Both the position numbers and the translations under genes were made by a program. The notes under the pieces are model-generated. The model was not told the origin of the DNA. It worked only from the letters and a program-made list of their open reading frames with translations, and searched no databases. DNA of 58,931 nt, filler included, from Sphacelaria rigidula (lineage: Eukaryota): the NCBI GenBank assembly GCA_964200075.2. It is 4 parts of 4 records of this genome, joined end to end, with 100 filler letters (N's around TTAATTAATTAA, not from the genome) between each part and the next. Parts side by side here need not be neighbours in the genome. Positions count along the whole stretch, not along the records: positions 14,759 to 29,416 come from CAXNAA020002117.1; positions 29,517 to 44,174 come from CAXNAA020002118.1; 2 more parts are not named here. One strand, 5' to 3'. Below are positions 25,901 through 38,900 of the stretch, piece after piece (the first letter of the stretch is position 1; every line of letters starts with the position of its first letter).

Positions 25901-27058
25901 CATTCACGATACAGTATAGTAAGTAGTCCATTGGTTTACAGCATAGATGTGTCACTTTGATATTCCCGACATGCTTCACTGTTGTGGCCAAGTGCATGTC
26001 CCTTTCCATCTACGCACAGACAGTGCGGTACTGTGCCTCGTAGACGTCACTGGTTTGGCGATGACGTGGGGGTCGGGTCGGGAGTAGTGGTCGCAATCGG
26101 AGACGAGTGTGCCGAATGGCATCCTTCCGACGTATCCTGGGCAAACCACGCCTCACTTTTTTGGTGTCATTATTGTGCTCCTTATGCGTTCCCGTGTAGG
26201 AGTGTTCTGCCGTCCCCCCTCTCTGTAAGATAATGTATGGCAACAGGGTGGAGAAATAGTAATACGATCACCTGGGCACGCGCAAGGAAAAGTTGTGCGT
26301 GACTGGATACGACCCGAAGATCTCACCAGATATAACCGTCGTTCCGTCAGATAGGAGTGCGGCTGTGAGCCGGAATTTAAAAATAAACAGCACGGTGGTT
26401 TGGCCTGGTATTGTACAGTAAATTTTCACCCGCGACCTCAACCCACCCCAAGATATCGAGGCAGACCATGTGCTTCTGCCGGTGGTCGGTAAAAATCGCG
26501 ACATCCGCGGCGAGCGGTAGGTAAAATACTTTTTGAAATAGCGCAGTAAGTTGTCTTTTTTCATGTTGCGTCTTGTGACCTTGGGCTTCTCTCTGTAGAT
26601 GCTCCCCCTCCTTCACTAATTGATTTTTCTCCGGTGCAATGGCAAAAAGTTGAGCGAAATTCACCGCTGCACTGTCGGTTGAAATCCACTTTGACGTACC
26701 ATGTGTAAACTACGCGATTTTTTTTGCTGTACTGTACTGTATTGTACTGTATCATGGTACATGAATATTTTGCTGGAGAGCCTTGAGGAAGCCAACATTT
26801 TTTTCTCGGAGACAAGGTGCAGCATGTATGAACGATTGCGTGTTTTACACTGTGGACGCCACTCCTGGACTCACGACGGAATTGCACGACTGTGGACGAT
26901 TTCCTTTCGAGACAAGACCATCGCGAGCTTTTCGGCTTTTTCCCCCGCACTGGCCTCTCACGCCTTCGGGTTGCATGTGTGGGTTTGATGAGCTTTCGCT
27001 GTATGTCTAAACTTACAGGGTTGGCGTCACCGTACGTTTTCATCTCACATACTGCCGC

Positions 27059-27341
27059 GCCCCGGTGGTGTGATGGTCCGACTGTCGCTAGTAGGTTAGA
27101 GACAATCGGGGGTTCGATTCCCGATGCGTTGCGTTTTCTTCATGTATGATTTCCACCGTGGAAAGCGTGAGAACGTGAGTGAACAAAGTCGTCTGGGTTT
27201 GTGTGACGTGAGTCATTCAGTGTTGACCCAATCTCCGAGACCAAAATGAACGGCGCGTACCGGGAGATATATGGATTGATCCCTTGAGACCACGGCCTCA
27301 TCCCGGGGAGGGGAGGGATCCAAAGTGAGGGGACAAAAAAA
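27059..27341 (+). mobile_element. Second tRNA-headed SINE-like element ending in the dispersed LINE-type tail
   Basis: GCCCCGGTGGTGTGATGG (A-box-like), GGTTCGATTCCC (B-box), then TTGATCCCTTGAGACCACGG...AAAGTGAGG and poly-A at 27277-27341. Confidence 0.5.
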
Positions 27342-29416
27342 ACTTGCGTTTGGCGTTGTGGGTATATGTCTGCATTTTGTTGATTATCTTTCGACGGGCG
27401 CACCGCAATGCTGATGGCTATGCTTGGGGTGTTCATTCCTAAGTGGAAGAATCAACCATGGGAGGAACCAAGCGTCGTTGGCATGGGCTCACCTCAAATC
27501 CTGGTTTCCAACGCTCATGGCATGGAATATCTCATGAGGGCATCCTCATTTGCGTTCGGAGATTAGAAACTATTCACTGCAGTGCAAGCAGCCATGATTT
27601 TCCATTCCGGCTTCCAGCTTCCGAGCCCCGTAATGAATGACTAGCTCTTCCCAGTATTGGGGCAGAGTCTCACGTCCTCCTTTCTTCCATCAACGCCCCG
27701 CTGACGGCACACGCGCGCATGGTGTTTTCAATTATATGACACTTGCATCTTTTCCACCATTGTAATCCCCTTGTACCGTAAAACATGAACAATCTCACCA
27801 TCAATCCCCATACCACACTCTCACCAGTGACCTGTCTTCCATAAACCCTTCATGTTGACTGTTGAGCGTAATGCAACTTGACAGCATGATTCGCGAGTCG
27901 AGGAAGGGGAGTTCCGCGGTGAAAGATCGCTGTCTGGGAAAACATGCATCGCCGAAACACATGAACTTGGTACGTACCTGTGCAACCAGGGGTCTGTAAA
28001 GCTACGAAGGTGTACCGATGCAACACCCGCACGAGGTCATATGCAATCACAAGACACGACATGTCATTCGCAGGATCACGGTCGGGTCCACCCCTTGCCC
28101 CTTGCCTGCTGCCAGTACTGTACTGTCGGCATATCCGCTGCGCCGATGTAACCGTCACGAGGAATATAAGACCGTTAGGCTTCTACAAATCTTGCTAGTG
28201 CATTTTTTTTTTATGCTAAAATATTTGATCACACCGAAAGCATTGCCCGTCAGGTGGAAGTTATGCCTGATAATGTTGCTGAGAACGTGTCTCAGCACTG
28301 TTCACTCTTGTTTTCGGTTGAAAAGACGCGGTCGATTTTGTTCTCTCCACCTGGAGGGTCCACTGCATTTCTGTTCCTAGAAGGCTTCAACTCAAATTTT
28401 ATCTTTGGTGGCCACAGCGATGCAATTTCTGATCGGACACAAGGACACGCGGATGTCTGTGTATCAGCGCTATTTTCAAGCGCTATGCCGTTCTTCACGT
28501 ATTTATTCTTCTTAATGATCGATTGCCAAGTGTGTCTTCCTCTTGTCGTAATACACTGCTGCAACATCGGATATGATCGTGGATAGTATGTTATATTCAC
28601 TGCATCGTGTACAGAGACTACTCAAATTGTCGATGTAGTATAGATTATACTTCGATGCACATCACTATTGATGTTTGTGTTGTCCTCCCATCTATTCCGG
28701 ACGCCGGCCTACAGGTACACCTTTCGGTACATGTGCCCGCACCAGCCGGGGCCACACCGTGTGTCAACACGCGAGTTTTTTTCATTTTATTTTCACTATT
28801 CCACCTCCCTCCTGCGGTGCTTGCCTTCCTTTTTTATCGCTAGGGGAGCTCAGCAGTCCCTTTCCTTCGTCGACCGTCAAGTCGGATTTTTGTGTAGGGT
28901 AGTCAGCATTATGGCTATTCCCGGTTGTTACAGGAATTTCTCGCGTACTACACTTTGATGGAACTCGAAAGTGCTAGCGTCCGTGGATTTTGGTATAGTA
29001 AACAGATCGTCCGCAAAACACAGTGCCCAAGTTAGTGTTACTCGGTGTCATCGGGCGATATGAGTAGATACCCCGTTTATCAGGAGGGTGTCGTTGACTG
29101 TGAAACACACTTTTTCGGCTCTAGTGCAATGAATGGGTAAAATTTAAAAAAAAAGTCCCATTACTTTCTTGACAAATACGATCGGAATATGCTCGATCGA
29201 TGGAAAATACCGAAGAGTCGAAATCTGGGCTAGAAAATGGTAGGGCCCTCGATGACCGGTCAGCCCATAAATCATTCAATAGTGAGTGCTCATGATTTCT
29301 TTCTCTTGGAATGTGGAGCGGATACGAGTGTGTGAAGATTTCACGGTTAAGACAAATCACCAAATTAACGATTTCTTCGGCCTGATTGCCCAAAAGGGAG
29401 AAAAAAATTGATCGCT

Positions 29417-29516
29417 NNNNNNNNNNNNNNNNNNNNNNNNNNNNNNNNNNNNNNNNNNNNTTAATTAATTAANNNNNNNNNNNNNNNNNNNNNNNNNNNN
29501 NNNNNNNNNNNNNNNN
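29417..29516. other. Artificial 100-bp contig spacer
   Basis: Same structure as 14659-14758. Confidence 0.97.
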
Positions 29517-32500
29517 ATAACACTCATTCATACTGCTTGTTGACACCGTTTTCAACCAAATACAAGCGCACCGCGAGTGTGGCAGGTCGTCTGACACACC
29601 TATGAGCCTATTTTTTCGTGCAATCAAATACCCCCCCCCCCCCGCCATCGTAGAATGAGTCGGTGATCGGAGCTTTTATTCGACAGGTAGGATGAAAAAC
29701 GTCAAGAGGCTTTCTGGGTATTTCATACATATCATCAGTGGTTATCCGACGACGCCAAAATCCCTCATCACCGAAACACCACGGTTTCGGGTATAAAACT
29801 CGATCCCATACAAACCGTTTTCAACTGAAATTTTTGCGTTAGATTCACTAGATGATGGCGGTTACAAAGGTTTGATTCGTGATGAGATTATTTACAAAGT
29901 GTATCGGGAATACGCTTTAAATTCAGAACAATTTGAAAGCCCCTGATTGGCCAAGAAACATTTTCACCATCAGCGCCACGGGAAAGGAAGCCAGGAGAAA
30001 TCTTACCTTGCCACACTGTTCCCTCGCTCGTGGGGGTCACTGTAACAGCAACTATTTTTCTATCGGGTCAGTTTCGCGTTCTGTATCTAGTGGAGAGTAA
30101 ATTTTGGGCATTCACCCTTAACCAGCCTGTATACAGCATCAGTGTGCGTGCTGTTATATTGGGTTGGATTGAGCTGGAGTTTATTGCGAGCAGAGCCCAC
30201 GCAAGCTTTTCGTTGGATTCCACGGCTGACACATGATTCATTCTACTGCGTGTTCTGCTCCAATTGCACAGCTGCTAGTGCACTCTTCTTGCCCAGGACA
30301 ACAGCCATCCTCTTCATACCCTCGCCTGACGATTCTTAATACTGTCGGCTGGGGCTTGGGCTGGGGCTTGGGCTGGGGTTCGAGGGTGAGAGCGCACCGA
30401 AGATCATCGTGCTCGAATCTTGAAACCTGACGACCAATTTCTTTGCTCTTTTTAAGAAAGTACTGTAAGCTTGAGCACACGGGCACAATCCTTCACCTCG
30501 CTTGGGTACAGATTTTTTTGAAATCGTATCACCATTCCAATAAGGAGGTGGGGGGGTGAACGTTTTGCTGTCCACAGAATCGAGGACCGATCACTTTCCC
30601 TGGCTGAAACGTGTACTTCATTAACCGCTCATCAGAGAACAACCGCTTTTTATCAGCGCACGGCTGTACAGTAGCGTTGCTCGCGTCAAACGCACAACAT
30701 TGTCACATCTACTACTGTTACGCTCCAAACGAATTAGAAGAGCACGACTAGCTTGTGTACGCAATGCCACCCGGCTGCAAAACATGAAAATAATGTATAT
30801 GGTCTCAAAGTCTGAACTTCAAGTTGTTGTCTAGACTCTACAATAACCTCTTCAGTTCATCCAGAATACGCGGGCTTTTTGTGAGCTTACCGTGGTATTG
30901 TCGCTGGTGCGAGATCAGGTGTTCGGGGCGCGTTGTATTCCACGTAGCGGATCTAGCCACCCTAACTCCTCCCTCGCCAGACCTCCTTTCGTGACAACAT
31001 CGTATCGTCGACCGATCTTCAACACGCCTGGCTCCGACGCTGCAGCTAACGTAATCCTCTCTATTTAAGTACTACCGCTCACAACAGCGACGAACCGGCA
31101 TTCTGAAGTAGTGTAGGAAAGGGGGCTCCGGGTCATCGGGGTTGGCCGGAGGCCCGTCAGCGCCAACGAGATCGCTCACAGGGGCCACCGTAGGACCGCA
31201 CCGGAGGACCCCCGGGAAGACAAGAGAGATGAGGTTTAAACGCTGTCTTGACTTATTTAGCCTTTACTTCTGGCGCAGACTGCTCCCAAGAACGTGGATT
31301 CCAATGCGGCGGAAGCGAAACGTGATACACGGGTGCACCCAACAAGTACGAGTAGTCCCGTCCTGACTGATGCTGACGCAGTTGGGTGTCTTTCTCTTTG
31401 GTGTAATTGCATTCAGTATACTTGTCTCGAAACTTGCACCCACGGACACTCGACACCTTGATGCCTCGGCACTCGGTATCAGCTACTCGGCATCTGAGCA
31501 TAAATCGTGCTCTTCACGTAAAAACGCACCACGCCTGGATCCATCTGGGCCTCTCCAGATCCACACATATGACGGATTTTCTACGGGTACCCTGCACCAT
31601 GTCGAGACCCGCGATCGACGCGACAGAAAGTTCGGATGAGGCACTCCGTCGACACCTGATGAACATAGAAGAGGGGGTTAATTCATTCCCGGGTGACAAT
31701 GTATTACTTATTATGCAACTAAACGGGTGACGGCTACAGTATATATCTGCCGTCTGTTGCTCTTGAAAAATGATACTCGGGCAAGTCAAAGTATATATGT
31801 AGGAGGGTTCAAACCCACCTTTTTGCTGTTGTCATTTGCATGTAAAATTACCTCTTCAACATCTGACCCGCTGTCGGCTGGGGCCGCATGGTCGTTTTGG
31901 TGCCGAAATAACGTTGTTAAACTCCGATATTGATATCGACGGCCTGTAACTTCAGATCAACAGCATCCTGTTGATGATCCACCGAAGAGTGATCGATGGC
32001 TCATCATTATGTATATGATTACTCCATATGTTTCCGATGATTGCTTGATTGCGATGGAAAATCTGGCCTGCTGTCGAGCGCGGCCGGATAGTCAGTCTCG
32101 CGCCAAAATAACGGTGGGAAACTCCGATAACAGAGTATTCGTGAGATATAGGGAATGAAGGTTACGATGGAGAGTCAGCTTTTAGTCGAAGACGGCTGTA
32201 GTCGTATGTTCCATTCATGGACGAAACACTGACGACTAAGAACAGAAACGATGCGGTTTGTTGAACTTAGAATGAGCACACTTCCTCCGTGCTGTAAGTG
32301 AGGGTCCTCATGGGCGTTTAATCGTTTGGGTACTTAAACGTTGACGATCATCCTACGGTTGGGTTGGTTAGAGAGGTAAAGCGCAGATCAAGCTGATGAA
32401 GAAAAAAAGGAGGGGGAGTTTGTTTCCATCACTCAAATTATGTCGAAATATACCGCATTTTGACCTTTTTGATCCATTTATATCCCGTCATTGACCGATT

Positions 32501-32557
32501 TTGGACGTTTTCACATCGAGCAATATTTATAGCAATTACTGTACATGCTCACGACAT

Positions 32558-32848
32558 CACACGCGGCCATTTGGCTACCTCCAAACTCCCTCCAGGTGAG
32601 TACACTTTTCGAGCCTCCAGAGGAATTAAACGCCTCCAGAGGGGTGCGCGGCCCTCCAGAGGAGATTCTTTGGTTCCCTGCAGAGGGGTTAAACGCCTCC
32701 GGAGGCTGATTTTCCTCCGGAGGCTGATTTTTGCCGCTGGAGGGCCGCGCATAAGAAGGATTGAAGGCCTCCGGAGGCTTGTTTCCCTCCTGGAGGGCCG
32801 CGCATCCCTCTGGAGGCATTTTGGGGTGTAGCCAAATGGCCGTGTGTG
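32558..32848 (+). mobile_element. CAC-ended TIR element rich in CCTCC/GGAGG palindromes (CACTA/CMC-like MITE), copy 1
   Basis: CACACGCGGCCATTTGGCTAC ... GTAGCCAAATGGCCGTGTGTG, flanked by CAT on both sides. Confidence 0.7.
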
Positions 32849-33025
32849 CATCTGACGCTGAGCCCACTTGGGTGATACTCCACTCACTCCACAATAGTGA
32901 CGGACAGTACGCTCACGTGCATGATACTCGCAATACGGAGTTGTGACAGCAGTGCGTTACGAGCTACGATGGATGTGATCGTCCCGAGTGTGTGCAAGAT
33001 TTGAACGATCGGCCAAGAAACAGCG

Positions 33026-33364
33026 CACACGCGGTCATTTGGCTACACCCCAAAATGCCTTTGGAGCGATGCGCGGCCCTCCAGGGGGAGAACAAGCTTC
33101 CGGAGGTCTTCCATCCCTCTGGAGGAAACCAAACTCTACCGACCGGGAGGGCCGCGCACCCCTCCGGAGAAATTTGGGGGTATGCGCGGCCCTCCAGAGG
33201 CAATAATAAGCCTCCGGAGGCGTTTGATCCCTCTGGAGGAAACCAAAAAATCTCCTCTTGAGGGCCTGGAGGGCCGCGCACCCCTTCGGAGGCGTTGAAT
33301 TCCTCTGGAGACTCGAAAAGTTTACCCACTGGAGGAATTTTGGAGGTAGCCATTTGCGTGTGTG
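33026..33364 (-). mobile_element. Same CAC-ended element, copy 2, inverted relative to copy 1
   Basis: CACACGCGGTCATTTGGCTACACCCCAAAATGCC ... TTTGGAGGTAGCCATTTGCGTGTG. Confidence 0.7.
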
Positions 33365-33371
33365 TGTGCTA

Positions 33372-34183
33372 CGAGCTGGGCCAGCCGAGAAGCGATTCTG
33401 CAGTTTGCAGGCCCATTATAGGGCCAATACTTGGAGCTGGACCATGAAATTTGGTATGGACAATGAGTAGGACATAATAAAGAAAATACTGGAGTAGACA
33501 AAAAAGATTATTGCCCTTAACTCATGGGGGAAAAAACACCTTGTGTACGCCATTATTTTTTTCATTATGCCCTACTCATTGTCCATACCAAATCTCAGGG
33601 TCCAACTCCAAGTATTGGCCGTATAATGGGCCGTTTAGTGACAGGGTCAGAAGAAATTCGAAACAGTACTTTGCAGGCCATATACCGGTCCATGTCAGTT
33701 GTTTGTGTATTGAAACTTTGTGCGGGGCGTGGTTGGGGCGTGAGCAATAAAACAAAGTGGGTCAGCTTGATTTTTTTCAATATTATCCACTGGTTGAGGG
33801 CGTTCTACTATGGTAAAGACCATATTTCACGAGAACGCCCTAACCCCCATGGTGGGAAAAAAATGGAAGGTCCATTCTTCTTTCTTTATTCGCCACTCTT
33901 TTGTGATTCTCCACACCAAAATTCGTCGCCATCCGCTGAATGCATCGATCGAGAGTTCCATACATCGTCGAGACTTTTGTGTTCGCGCTATCTCCCACAG
34001 GTTCAGGAATTACTAGACATGGGCTTTAATCAGCGAGAAAATATGGGCCCAAACTTTTGAGGAGATGAGCACCTTCCCCTTGATTAGACGATTAATACGA
34101 TATGCGCATCATGGCCCAACTCGTCTGTATCGATGAAATATTGCTCTTAAAGATCAAGTCCGTTTTTAGGCTGGCCCAGCTCG
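33372..34183. mobile_element. Tc1/mariner-like non-autonomous element (15-bp TIR, TA TSD) with internal inverted repeat 33410-33500/33541-33631
   Basis: TA|CGAGCTGGGCCAGCC ... GGCTGGCCCAGCTCG|TA, a perfect TIR pair. Confidence 0.8.
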
Positions 34184-35819
34184 TACATGCGCCCATTATT
34201 TTACTGTAGTTCCTGAAATCTCCGGTACTATATCCGTCACATTGGCTCGATCTCTCGAAGTCGTGGTCACAGAGTGCGAGGAGCATATATTATCGGGTAT
34301 GTCCACATCTCAGATAGTTATGGAAACTGATGACTCGAAAGCTCATGCGCCACATGGCGTCAACACAGGGCAGCTCCCCGCGACATGCTCGGTTGCTGTC
34401 ATGAATGACAGACATATCCAAAAATGAGGGTCCGGAGAAAAATCAAGGTCTCTGAGTGTTGAGGCAAAATCTTGGGTATGGACAGACAACACCTGTGCCC
34501 GCCCCCAGCAGTAGCATGTTTATTTCACGTGACAGATAATATCGGGTCAAAATAGCCAGCTCTACTAAAACGGAACAGAAACCTCAACACATGTCAGTCG
34601 AAATCCGCGCTGGATTCTGCATGTCAGCAATTAGCGAGGGTCATCTCCCCTCATGTTATGGGATGCTCCCCTATTAAACCACACACGATGCCCAGTCCGC
34701 AACACACGCATGATCATGTGATATATTTCGCCCATCGGCCAAGTCCGAGGGCAGCGGAGTGTACGGTAGCATGAACAATACTTTCCGGGGTTCAGGTCTT
34801 CATGAAATATCGTTATTTCTCAAACTTGGTCGGACGTCACTGACGAGCCCTCATCATGAAAAAAAACGCTTAGTCACTGTTCCGTGCCATGCGACGGCCA
34901 CGCTAGATGTCGCGAGTCACGAGGTGAAACGGGGATCGGAAAATGAGGATGGCGAAAAAAATGTTATTCTTTGGAGGGCCCAACTACGCGTGCAGCATGG
35001 TGGAAGATCCCATTACAATCCGTAAATCGATGGAGGTGCTTTGAAAATACAAGGCACCCCTACATGGAGATGCGAACACAGCGAAAAACATTCGACAACG
35101 CGCACCGACGAAACCCTGGGCGCCAACTCAATTACAGTGCCTTGAACCGGGAACATCACGAAAGTCACTCCACGACTATTGCTGGACAACTCAGCGTTCT
35201 CTCCTCACTCGCTTTGCGTCTCCTCTGGTCATCACAGACTGAAGAGAACAGAGAGAGCGTCAACAGTGCCAACGAGCAGCCCGTGCTCGTGCGCATGTAC
35301 ACGACTTGGAAGTCTCCTGTGCAGCACCTCCCAAGTAACAGCGAGTCAAGGCACTTTACGGTCTTCGCCGGCAGTGAGTGAACCAATTTCCAGTAACTCA
35401 CTCACGTGGCCTCAATCCCAACGGAAGAAGGCATCTTAGTAAAAACAGCATGTTTAATTCCCAACGACCATCAACCGACGCGTGCCAAAAGAAAGCTTCA
35501 AAATTGTTCAAGTCGCATACGCCAACCATAACAAACGACCTTCAGCAACAAGTCCAGCATGTCTTGTGACGTAATATCGTCACGACACCTCACCAGTAGA
35601 GACAAAACAAACAAGCTACAAGACAGCCTTGCCTGGCCCGCACAGCTACTAGTGCGACTCATATCGCTACCGTACTTTCCAAGGGGAAACTCTCAGGAAT
35701 CCACTCGCGGTAGCACCAAGTATGTTGAGCGAACTTCAAGACATCGTCGATGGTGCCATCATCACGTCGTGACCATTGAAACTAGCTCCGTCTCCCGAGG
35801 ATGAGGATGCAAGATGTAT

Positions 35820-35923
35820 TTACCGGTAGAGACCGTTGTTGATACGGTCGATGGTGTACATGGCCTGGGGATCAAGGGTGATGAAACGGCTTTCGTGCTT
35901 CTTCATTGCAGCCTTCTCCTTGT
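35820..35923 (-). CDS. psbU: psbU exon 4 (terminal)
   Basis: ccag|AC KEKAAMKKHESRFITLDPQAMYTIDRINNGLYR TAA. Confidence 0.92.
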
Positions 35924-38900
35924 CTGGTGAGGGAGGCAAGAACGGGAGTGGGTACACAGCGTGTCAATAATGAACAAGTTGATGGAAACGCAGGTGAACT
36001 CTCACACGAGGAGAGAAAAAACTGACTCCGCAGCAGCAACAACGACGACACCTTCCTCACCTGATAGACCCTTGATGTTGTAGATGTCAGATACAGACGC
36101 GTATGGGCCGTTCGATACAATCTTGCCAGCAGCGCTAGGGTACCTGCGAAATTAATCGAACGAATGAACACAAAGAAAACAACGAAGTTGAGACATCCAA
36201 GAACGCTCGAGTAAGTAACGTATGATATGCCAAGACTGCTCGTCAGAGCAAAAACGTCACTTGGAGCGTTCTCACCACGACCACCTCTCGCTATTCCTGT
36301 AAGCTCCTCCCAAGACCAGGTGTCGGAATGAGCTACCGAGTCAAGTCCGAACCCACAACGACTTTCGGGGGGTTCCTACGAACTCTGCGACGAACAGAAT
36401 TCGTCAAGGTCACGACCGCTGATCGGGTGATCCAGAGAAGAATGTTTTTCATGATTACACTAGTTGACCGTCGATGAATCATAGATGAAAAAAATTGTAA
36501 CGTTGAAAAAATTGTAACGTTGCTTCCCCGACTGAATCAAGATACAACAGGCGTGTTCGTAGACCTCAGTGTACAAAAACCTGTGTGCCTATTTCGAGTC
36601 CCAGGACACCGATTTTGGGCTCCTGAATTGACCTCAAAAAAATGAGGAAAGACACGAAAACAACTACTCACATGCCCGGAAGCTTGATGTAAGCGCGGAC
36701 GTTGGCGTTGTTGACGTCGATCTTGTCTCCGCCACCAAGGAATGGTACTACCGGGTTGTCCACCTCGGCAACGACGGGTGCGGCCGCGCCGGCGATCACA
36801 CCAAACACGGCGGCGGCGCTCGCGGCGTTCTTGAGGAACTCTCCGCGTCCCTGAGGGACGTTTTGCTGAGCAGACATGGTCGTCTGGCTGCTTCACGTAT
36901 CACCCACCATGATACAGAGCATACAAGAGCGAAAGAGAAAACAGGAGATTCGTGAACGAATCATTGTAGATTACGTTTTGACGAGAGAAGGGCCAAGAGG
37001 TACAAAGTTAACTTTGACTATTTGTTGGTTCGACCCTTTCGTGTACGGATGATTCAGATATTCTAGAAAGGAACTTGAAGGTACGATATTGCTGATGTTC
37101 ACCTGCGGCATGCGAGTGTTTTCTGAGGAAGCTGATCTTGTTAGTCGCCTATACATGGAGAATTTGCAAGGGGAAGGCAAAGCGGGGCATCTCTTGGTCG
37201 CGGACCAAGGCAAAATGATTTTGTTCACGAAAGTCAATGTACAAGTATCCTGTACGGCCCGGGGAATGAGAGTGAGGCCCGAGCTGTAGACAGCACCAGG
37301 ACCACTAGCGTGCGGCGTTGCACTCAACAATCCATGTGAAACTCGAAGTAGCGTCGGTAGGCGTTCATCGGGCAAAGTTCAGCCGTGTCCTCTCGTCTGG
37401 TCGAGCTGCAATGAGCTTCCCGAACAGATGCTGCAAGTCTCCCGTCATGAAAAGTGGGTAATGAGCCATTTTGCACCACTTTGCTCGGCCCCGGGGCGTC
37501 AATCTTCTTTTCGGAACAAAAACGCAGACGGTACGGCTGTGCAGCTGTTTTACGTCCAATGACTCAACACCATCACGAGTGTCATGGTTGTAAGAGCATC
37601 GCTGGCATATTTGTTTGACCATAGCAGCTGTTCACTATTACTGTGATTTTCACCTAGTTCTCTTTGCGGGGCCTATGCTCCAGGGTACAAATTCATCACG
37701 GGAGTGTTCCTATTTCGAGCTCTCGTCCGTGCCACGGAGTATACATTCGGCTAACATTGTGCTTGCGCCAGTAGGGGTAAGGAAGTAATGGTACTACACG
37801 AGTGAATCAATGGAGACAGCATAATACTGAGGGGGAGCACAGGAGTTTCACGATGTCGTGGGAAAAGGCACTCTTACTCTCATGAACGTCATGTGTTCTT
37901 TGTACCGTATGCAAAACAACACGTACCAATGAGTCACAGAGCAACGGCTGTCTTGTATCACTTCAAGGAAACGTTCAAGTTTTTCATGGTAGTGCTGGTG
38001 AAGCCCACGAAGGTGTGCAATAGTACACAAGCGTCACAAGGTGAAGGCTTTTGCGGTATTAGTTCATGAAATTTGAACTCACGGAACTGCCAGACGTACA
38101 ACGATGGTGGAGAACACTGATTGATGTGCAAGAATGTATGAACGAAATGAGTCTGGTTATCGCCTACTGAGCTGGAACCAAGAGGACACCTCGGCAACCT
38201 CGGCAAGGGCCCGCAACAGTGTAGAGACTACGGATGTACCGACCTCAACACCTAATCGCAGCACATCAGGGCATGAATAAAAATGACATGAGCGCTCGCT
38301 GTTGAATTCAAAACGAGACACAATCGACCAATGCGCGAGTGTACCCCGGCCGCCTCCCTCGACGGGAGTACGATTCTCGTCATCACAACAGTTGGTCTCA
38401 GGAGCGACTCGTGAAGGGAGTGTTGGAGCTTCGAAGTTGATTGCCTTCGCAAGAAACGGTTACTTCGCTCGTTATGGTCATAATTGCATTACACGTCAAC
38501 GAGAACATCACGAGGACATCCTTACGTACGGTTTCACGGGTGGGTTAGTGGCTGCCAACTATACGTTGACACGACCGCCGTGTTAAATGATTGATTGTGC
38601 CTTAAAGCACTAGTACCCAATGCTGTAGCTTAAACCCCCAAAAAAACTTCACGTGACGGAACTAGCTGGCTCCTTCTCGAGTGATCAAAACATGAAAGTG
38701 CTTTGTGCTTGACGGGCTGTCATCAGTGGAGCTGCAGGGTATCTTGCAAAACACATGTTAGCTCGCCTGGCGTAGAAACCAAGTAACATCTGCACATGAA
38801 ACAAGAGCCTCAGTGGAGACCATTTCAAATAAAGCGCGACACAGCATTGCTCCACAGCACCGTACGTTTTGCTTCAAGCTCAACATTACACGAGATCATC

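Noticed and set aside
27059..27130. Functional tRNA gene
   Set aside because: A/B-box-like motifs are present, but no acceptor or anticodon stems could be formed. The same applies to 58674 and 41781.
32460..33470. Multiple 60-130-aa ORFs
   Set aside because: Produced by stop-poor CCTCC/GGAGG repeats of non-coding elements.
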